DNA of 64,000 nucleotides from Escherichia coli (GTDB lineage Bacteria; Pseudomonadota; Gammaproteobacteria; Enterobacterales; Enterobacteriaceae): NCBI RefSeq assembly GCF_009931435.1, contig NZ_CP043414.1; one strand, 5' to 3'. Shown piece by piece: positions 59,011 to 64,000 of this stretch (position 1 is its first letter; each line of letters starts with the position of its first letter). The notes under the pieces were generated by a model. It saw only the letters and a program-made list of their open reading frames with translations, ran no database searches and was not told where the DNA came from. The position numbers and the translations under genes were made by a program.

Positions 59011-61568
59011 CGTCCACCTCCGGAGAACAGGCCACCATCACGCATCTGTGTCTGAATTTCATCACGGGCACCCTTGCGGGCCATGTCATACACCGCCTTC
59101 AGAGCAGCCGGACCTATCTGCCCGTTCGTGCCGTCGTTGTTAATCACCACATGGTTATTCTGCTCAAACGTCCCGGACGCCTGCGACCGGCTGTCTGCCA
59201 TGCTGCCCGGTGTACCGACATAACCGCCGGTGGCATAGCCGCGCATCAGCCGGTAAAGATTCCCCACGCCAATCCGGCTGGTTGCCTCCTTCGTGAAGAC
59301 AAACTCACCACGGTGAACAATCCCCGCTGGCTCATATTTGCCGCCGGTTCCCGTAAATCCTCCGGTTGCAAAATGGAATTTCGCCGCAGCGGCCTGAATG
59401 GCTGTACCGCCTGACGCGGATGCGCCGCCACCAACAGCCCCGCCAATGGCGCTGCCGATACTCCCGACAATCCCCACCATTGCCTGCTTAAGCAGAATTT
59501 CTGTCATCATGGACAGCACGGAACGGGTGAAGCTGCGCCAGTTCTGCTCACTGCCGGTCAGCATCGCCGCCATATTCTGTGCAATACCATCAAAGGTCTG
59601 CGTGGCTGCACTTTTTACCTGCGACATACTGTCCGTGGCGCTCTCTTCCCACTCACTCCAGCCGGACTTCAGGCCTGCCATCCAGCTCCCGCGAAGCTGG
59701 TCTTCAGCCGCCCAGGTCTTTTTCTGCTCTGACATGACGTTATTCAGCGCCAGCGGATTATCGCCATACTGTTCCTTCAGGCGCTGTTCCGTGGCTTCCC
59801 GTTCTGCCTGCCGGTCAGTCAGCCCCCGGCTTTTCGCATCAATGGCGGCCCGTTTTGCCCGTTGCTGCTGTGCGAATTTATCCGCCTGCTGCGCCAGCGC
59901 GTTCAGGCGCTCCTGATACGTAACCTTGTCGCCAAGTGCAGCCAGCTGGCGTTTGTACTCCATCGTCTCATCTTTATGCGCCAGCAGGGATTTCTCCTGT
60001 GCGGACAGCTGGCGACGTTGTGCCGCCTCCTCCAGTACCGCGAACTGACTTTCTGCCTTCCACAAATCCCGGCGCTGCTGGCTGATTTTCTCATTTGCTC
60101 CGGCATGCTTCTCCAGCGTCCGGAGTTCAGCCTGAAGCGTCAGCAGGGCAGCATGAGCACTGTCTTCCTGACGATCGCCCGCAGACACCTTCACGCCGGA
60201 CTGTTTCGGCTTTTTCAGCGTCGCTTCATAATCCTTTTTCGCCGCCGCCATCAGCGTGTTGTAATCCGCCTGCAGGATTTTCCCGTCTTTCAGTGCCTTG
60301 TTCAGTTCTTCCTGACGGGCGGTATATTTCTCCAGCGGCGTCTGCAGCCGTTCGTAAGCCTTCTGCGCCTCTTCGGTATATTTCAGCTGTGACGCTTCAG
60401 TATCGCTCTGCTGCTGCGCATTTTTGTCCTGTTGAGTCTGCTGCTCAGCCTTCTTTCGGGCGGCTTCAAGCGCAAGACGGGCCTTTTCACGATCATCCCA
60501 GTAACGCGCCCGCGCTTCATCGTTAACAAAATAATCATCCTTGCGCAGATTCCAGATGTCGTCTGCTTTCTTAAACGCAGCCTCTGCCTTAATCAGCATC
60601 TCCTGCGCGGTATCAGGACGACCAATATCCAGCACCGCATCCCACATGGATTTGAATGCCCGCGCAGTCCTGTCTGCCCAGGTCTCCAGCGTGCCCATGT
60701 TCTCTTTCAGGCGGCGGGTCTGGTCATCAAACCCTTTCGTTGCGGCCTCGTTCGCCGCCTGCAATGCCCCGGCTTCATCGCCGGAACGCTGCAACTGAGC
60801 AACATACGCAATCTGCTCCGCCGTCACGTTATGGAACTGGCGTGCCATCGCCGTCAGCCCCGACGTCGGGTCTGTGGTCAGCTTCCCGAAGGCTTCAGCG
60901 ACCTTGTCCACCTCCACGCCGGATGCAGAGGAGAAACGCGCCACACTCTGGCTGATGGACGCAATCTGAGCCTCACCGCTTACCCCCGCCTTAACCAGTG
61001 CGCTGAGTGACTCGCTGGTCTGGTTAAACGTCAGCCCTGCCGCCTGCCCGGCTCTGGACAGGACCAGCATGCGATCTGCCGTCAGACCCGACTGATTGCC
61101 GGAAAGGACCAGCGTTTTGTTGAAATCGGACAGGGTTGAGTTGCCCTGATACCAGGCATACGCCAGCGCACCGGTCGCCACCGCCAGCGAGGTGGCCCCG
61201 ACCATCGGCAGGGTGATCGCACCGGCAAGCCCCCTGAACATGGGGATCATCCCGCCGAAGGAGTCCTTAACCTGACCACCCTGTTGCAGCAGGATCAGCC
61301 ACGGACTTTGCCCGCCTGCAAACTGCGTGGCCACGTCGGTGAACTGTGCAGGCAGCATACGCATGGCGGCTTTATACTGCCCGACGGAAATCCCCGCTTT
61401 CTGTGCAGCCAGCGCCTGTCGGCTCAGCGACTGTTCAACGACTGCCGCTGTTTTTTTCGCATCAGTTTCCGTACCGGAAAAATGACGCCTGACTCTGGCC
61501 ATCTGCTCGTCAAATCTGGCCGCATCCAGACTTAAATCAACGACCAGATCGCCTACCGGTTCAGCCAT
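59007..61568 (-). CDS. H: Tail tape measure protein H
   Basis: 853-aa ORF, coiled-coil-rich, Gly-rich C-terminal region. Confidence 0.9.
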   Translation of the reverse strand: MAEPVGDLVVDLSLDAARFDEQMARVRRHFSGTETDAKKTAAVVEQSLSRQALAAQKAGISVGQYKAAMRMLPAQFTDVATQFAGGQSPWLILLQQGGQVKDSFGGMIPMFRGLAGAITLPMVGATSLAVATGALAYAWYQGNSTLSDFNKTLVLSGNQSGLTADRMLVLSRAGQAAGLTFNQTSESLSALVKAGVSGEAQIASISQSVARFSSASGVEVDKVAEAFGKLTTDPTSGLTAMARQFHNVTAEQIAYVAQLQRSGDEAGALQAANEAATKGFDDQTRRLKENMGTLETWADRTARAFKSMWDAVLDIGRPDTAQEMLIKAEAAFKKADDIWNLRKDDYFVNDEARARYWDDREKARLALEAARKKAEQQTQQDKNAQQQSDTEASQLKYTEEAQKAYERLQTPLEKYTARQEELNKALKDGKILQADYNTLMAAAKKDYEATLKKPKQSGVKVSAGDRQEDSAHAALLTLQAELRTLEKHAGANEKISQQRRDLWKAESQFAVLEEAAQRRQLSAQEKSLLAHKDETMEYKRQLAALGDKVTYQERLNALAQQADKFAQQQRAKRAAIDAKSRGLTDRQAEREATEQRLKEQYGDNPLALNNVMSEQKKTWAAEDQLRGSWMAGLKSGWSEWEESATDSMSQVKSAATQTFDGIAQNMAAMLTGSEQNWRSFTRSVLSMMTEILLKQAMVGIVGSIGSAIGGAVGGGASASGGTAIQAAAAKFHFATGGFTGTGGKYEPAGIVHRGEFVFTKEATSRIGVGNLYRLMRGYATGGYVGTPGSMADSRSQASGTFEQNNHVVINNDGTNGQIGPAALKAVYDMARKGARDEIQTQMRDGGLFSGGGR

Positions 61569-61995
61569 ACCGGACTCCTCCTGCGATCCCTTCTGATACT
61601 GTCATCAGCATTACGTCATCCTCCGTCATGTCCGCCACATCCGGGGAAGCGGGGATAACTTCATTCCCGTCCGGGCCAAAGCGGACACCTCCGGCAAGCC
61701 CTGCCGCTTTCTGCATCAGCACATCATCTTCAGGCTCTTCGTCAGCCTCGCGCCGGTTAAGCAGACTGAAATCCAGCGGATGCATATCCGGATCGCTGAA
61801 AAACAGGCTGAGCACGGTGTACGTCAGCCCGGAAAAGTGCATATCCAGCAGAACATCATGAAAATAATGGGTACTGTAAAAGCGGTGCCAGTCGGCATAC
61901 TCCGTGGATGACATCCCGGCAAGCATGGCACGCCAGTCGGGTCGCCCCATCTCACGCGCCAGTTTCAGGGCAAAACTCAGCTCACCGTCGAACAC
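61561..61995 (-). CDS. T: Tail assembly protein T, expressed as G-T fusion by -1 frameshift
   Basis: 144-aa ORF with no independent ATG or SD; overlaps the 3' end of G at a slippery heptamer. Confidence 0.8.
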   Translation of the reverse strand: MFDGELSFALKLAREMGRPDWRAMLAGMSSTEYADWHRFYSTHYFHDVLLDMHFSGLTYTVLSLFFSDPDMHPLDFSLLNRREADEEPEDDVLMQKAAGLAGGVRFGPDGNEVIPASPDVADMTEDDVMLMTVSEGIAGGVRYG

Positions 61996-62399
61996 TTTCC
62001 CGCAGAAACAGGCTCTGCAGGCCCGGCGTCCTCTGTCTGTTCAGGGGTATTATTCACAACAAACTCATACATTCCGGACAGCCGGTACACCACGTTTTCA
62101 GCATGAGAAATTGCCTCTGTGGGCCAGGTGGTAAGCACTTCCTGTTCAATCTGTTTAACGGCTTCATTCATGGACGGCATCTGCGTCTTCTTCGGATGGT
62201 TATGCCACAGGGACATCGCCACCACACAAGCACCGGTTCTGATGACGTCTTCCACAGTAACCTGCCGGTTGCTGTCTGACTCCGCCTGTTCTGCCTGCCG
62301 TTTCATCAGGGCGAGATGCTCAATACGCTGCAGGGCTGACAGTTCAGAAAGCGTGACGGTCACGCCGTTATGTTCAAATGATTCGGTTTTCAGGAACAT
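61977..62399 (-). CDS. G: Tail assembly chaperone G
   Basis: 140-aa ORF between V and T. Confidence 0.85.
   Translation of the reverse strand: MFLKTESFEHNGVTVTLSELSALQRIEHLALMKRQAEQAESDSNRQVTVEDVIRTGACVVAMSLWHNHPKKTQMPSMNEAVKQIEQEVLTTWPTEAISHAENVVYRLSGMYEFVVNNTPEQTEDAGPAEPVSAGKCSTVS
61995..62001 (-). promoter_or_regulatory. Programmed -1 ribosomal frameshift site GGGAAAG (G to G-T)
   Basis: Minus-strand G GGA AAG in the G frame, 6 codons before G stop; -1 frame continues into T. Confidence 0.75.
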
Positions 62400-62414
62400 C
62401 GCTGACTCTCCGGA

Positions 62415-63185
62415 TTAACTGGCGGTGACGGTGATTTCTGCAACCGCAGCAAACTCACCATTACCGGATACGACCGGAATGTTGACCTTACCTGCAGCAA
62501 CGCCATTCACGGTGATGGTCATACCACTGACCGACACGGTGGCTTTTGTTTTATCCGCTGACACCGCACGGAAGCTCTTGTCGGTTGCGCCTTCCGGCTG
62601 GAATGCCACGGTCAGCGTGGTGCTCTTCCCTTTCACTACGGAAGCGCTGGCTGGCGTCACGGTCATACCGGTTGCCGCTGTTACCGTGCTGCGATCTTCT
62701 GCCATCGACGGACGTCCCACATTGGTGACTTTCACCGTGCGGGTGATCACTTCCTTCGCCGTCACCGCCTTACCGATACTGCTGACCCAGCCACGGAACA
62801 CATCGACCGTGCCGTTCGGGAAGCGGATTTTATAGGCACGGGTATCGCCTTCATTAAACCACGCCAGCAGCGCCTGCTGCCCCTGCTCTCCGGGCATCCA
62901 CGCCAGCGTGAAGCTGGTATCTCCGGCAGATTTCTGCCCCTGCCCGGTCGCAGTCCAGTCTGCATCTTCATCATCGAGATAGCTGTCGTCATAGGACTCA
63001 GCGGTCAGTTCGCCGGGCGTCAGGTCTTTAACTTTTGCCAGACGCGACCAGTCAACGTCTGAAAGCGGATTCGCATAAGGGTCACCGCTCCCCTTATAAA
63101 CCCACAGGGTGGTCCCGGCACCTTTCACCGGCATTGTAGGATTTGGTACAGGCATAGCGTCCTCACATTTCATAGGTAATGACAT
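62415..63185 (-). CDS. V: Major tail tube protein V with C-terminal Ig-like domain
   Basis: 256-aa ORF; C-terminal about 80 aa beta-rich Ig-like region ([19 protein letters not shown]...). Confidence 0.85.
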   Translation of the reverse strand: MSLPMKCEDAMPVPNPTMPVKGAGTTLWVYKGSGDPYANPLSDVDWSRLAKVKDLTPGELTAESYDDSYLDDEDADWTATGQGQKSAGDTSFTLAWMPGEQGQQALLAWFNEGDTRAYKIRFPNGTVDVFRGWVSSIGKAVTAKEVITRTVKVTNVGRPSMAEDRSTVTAATGMTVTPASASVVKGKSTTLTVAFQPEGATDKSFRAVSADKTKATVSVSGMTITVNGVAAGKVNIPVVSGNGEFAAVAEITVTAS

Positions 63186-63558
63186 AAGTCAGATCGGCTG
63201 AACTCCACAGGCCCGCATCATCGTCGCGCCGGTAGTCATAGCCACTGGCCACCATACTGGTGATCAAATCTGACAGTGCCGGGACATCGCTCATCACCGG
63301 ATAAATCCGGGACTCCATCCACGAATCCAGCTCTGAATCCGGCACCTGAGCAGGCAGGAAAACTTCAATATGCAGCTCCGCCTGCCAGGTATCACTGTCC
63401 AGCTCTTCGCCCGTGTATTCAGCGCCGGTGAGATAAACGGCAATTGCCGGAAAATCCGCCTCATCAAAAACAGCGGGGCGACCATCAAAAAGCGTCGCCC
63501 CGGTGTCATGCTTCTCCAGTGCATCCAGTACGGCTGCACGGAGTTCAGTATGTTTCAT
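63163..63558 (-). CDS. U: Tail terminator protein U
   Basis: 131-aa ORF, position and size as lambda U. Confidence 0.85.
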   Translation of the reverse strand: MKHTELRAAVLDALEKHDTGATLFDGRPAVFDEADFPAIAVYLTGAEYTGEELDSDTWQAELHIEVFLPAQVPDSELDSWMESRIYPVMSDVPALSDLITSMVASGYDYRRDDDAGLWSSADLTYVITYEM

Positions 63559-64000
63559 CGCTTTATTACCATTCTCAGTTGATGCTGCAGCGCATAGCCC
63601 AGCTCTTTCGGAAGACGTTCACGCCGTATCCGTTCAATATTCTGTTTAAACGCCGTGGTAAGCGGCACCGCCATCGGGATTTTCACCACATCAATGGGGT
63701 AACGGTTTTTCCCGGCCACACGCTGCATGACATGCCACCGGCCATTTTTCAGTTGCTGAATAAACGCGCCGGGAATACGACGGTTTCCCACCACAAGCAC
63801 GCTGCCGCCACCTTTCAGGGATGAACGCTGCCCCTTTTTACGACGTCTGCGGCGGGAAAGGACAACCCGCGCGTTACCCAGCTTGATTACGGGCAAATCC
63901 CCCCGGTTAACCCTGATTCTGGCCTGCGGATTTTTGACCGTGGCCCTTTTCAGCCTGGCCCTTTCCTTTACCAGTTTCCGGCGTACCTTTGTCTCACGGG
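63555..64000 (-). CDS. Z: Tail completion protein Z (5' end beyond window)
   Basis: ORF frame stays open to the window edge (no stop upstream of 63896). Confidence 0.7.
   Translation of the reverse strand, partial: RETKVRRKLVKERARLKRATVKNPQARIRVNRGDLPVIKLGNARVVLSRRRRRKKGQRSSLKGGGSVLVVGNRRIPGAFIQQLKNGRWHVMQRVAGKNRYPIDVVKIPMAVPLTTAFKQNIERIRRERLPKELGYALQHQLRMVIKR

Larger units (their letters stand above)
49529..64000. mobile_element. Lambda-like prophage, tail-module end (partial; continues beyond window)
   Basis: Contiguous minus-strand block Z-U-V-G/T-H-M-L-K-I-J-stf-tfa in lambda order abutting serT; left boundary approximate. Confidence 0.85.

Noticed and set aside
63555-63896. Apparent truncation of Z (ORF track gives only 113 aa from a TTG)
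   Set aside because: The frame stays open upstream to the window edge, so Z is simply cut by the window, not frameshifted

Overview
This window reads as an Escherichia coli-type chromosomal segment with K-12-like gene order, ending in the tail module of a lambda-like prophage. All calls come from reading the supplied translations and the DNA; no database search or computation was run, and K-12 comparisons are from memory. Gene order: efeU, putP/putA, rutR, rutABCDEFG, ymdF, wrbA, yccJ, agp, yccE, cbpA/cbpM, torD-torA-torC, torR, torT, torS, yccM, gnsA, ymcE, cspG/cspH, gfcABCDE-etp-etk, appA-appX-appB-appC, hyaFEDCBA, then tRNA-Ser (serT) with its promoter. From about 49.5 kb to the window end the minus strand carries prophage genes tfa, stf, J, I, K, L, M, H, G/T, V, U and a partial Z; the integrase end lies outside the window. 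The strain is probably not K-12: efeU is an intact frame, no IS element sits upstream of gfcA, and a prophage follows serT. No clearly novel multi-gene system (defence island, CRISPR, toxin cluster) was found. The strongest candidate for unrecognised biology is yccE, an AT-rich single-gene islet whose C-terminal half carries OTU-type cysteine-protease motifs. Other points worth a second look are the serT-prophage junction, the Ala/Ser/Thr-rich repeat block in the side tail fibre, the conserved G-T frameshift site, and a small Cys-rich ORF between cspG and ymcE.
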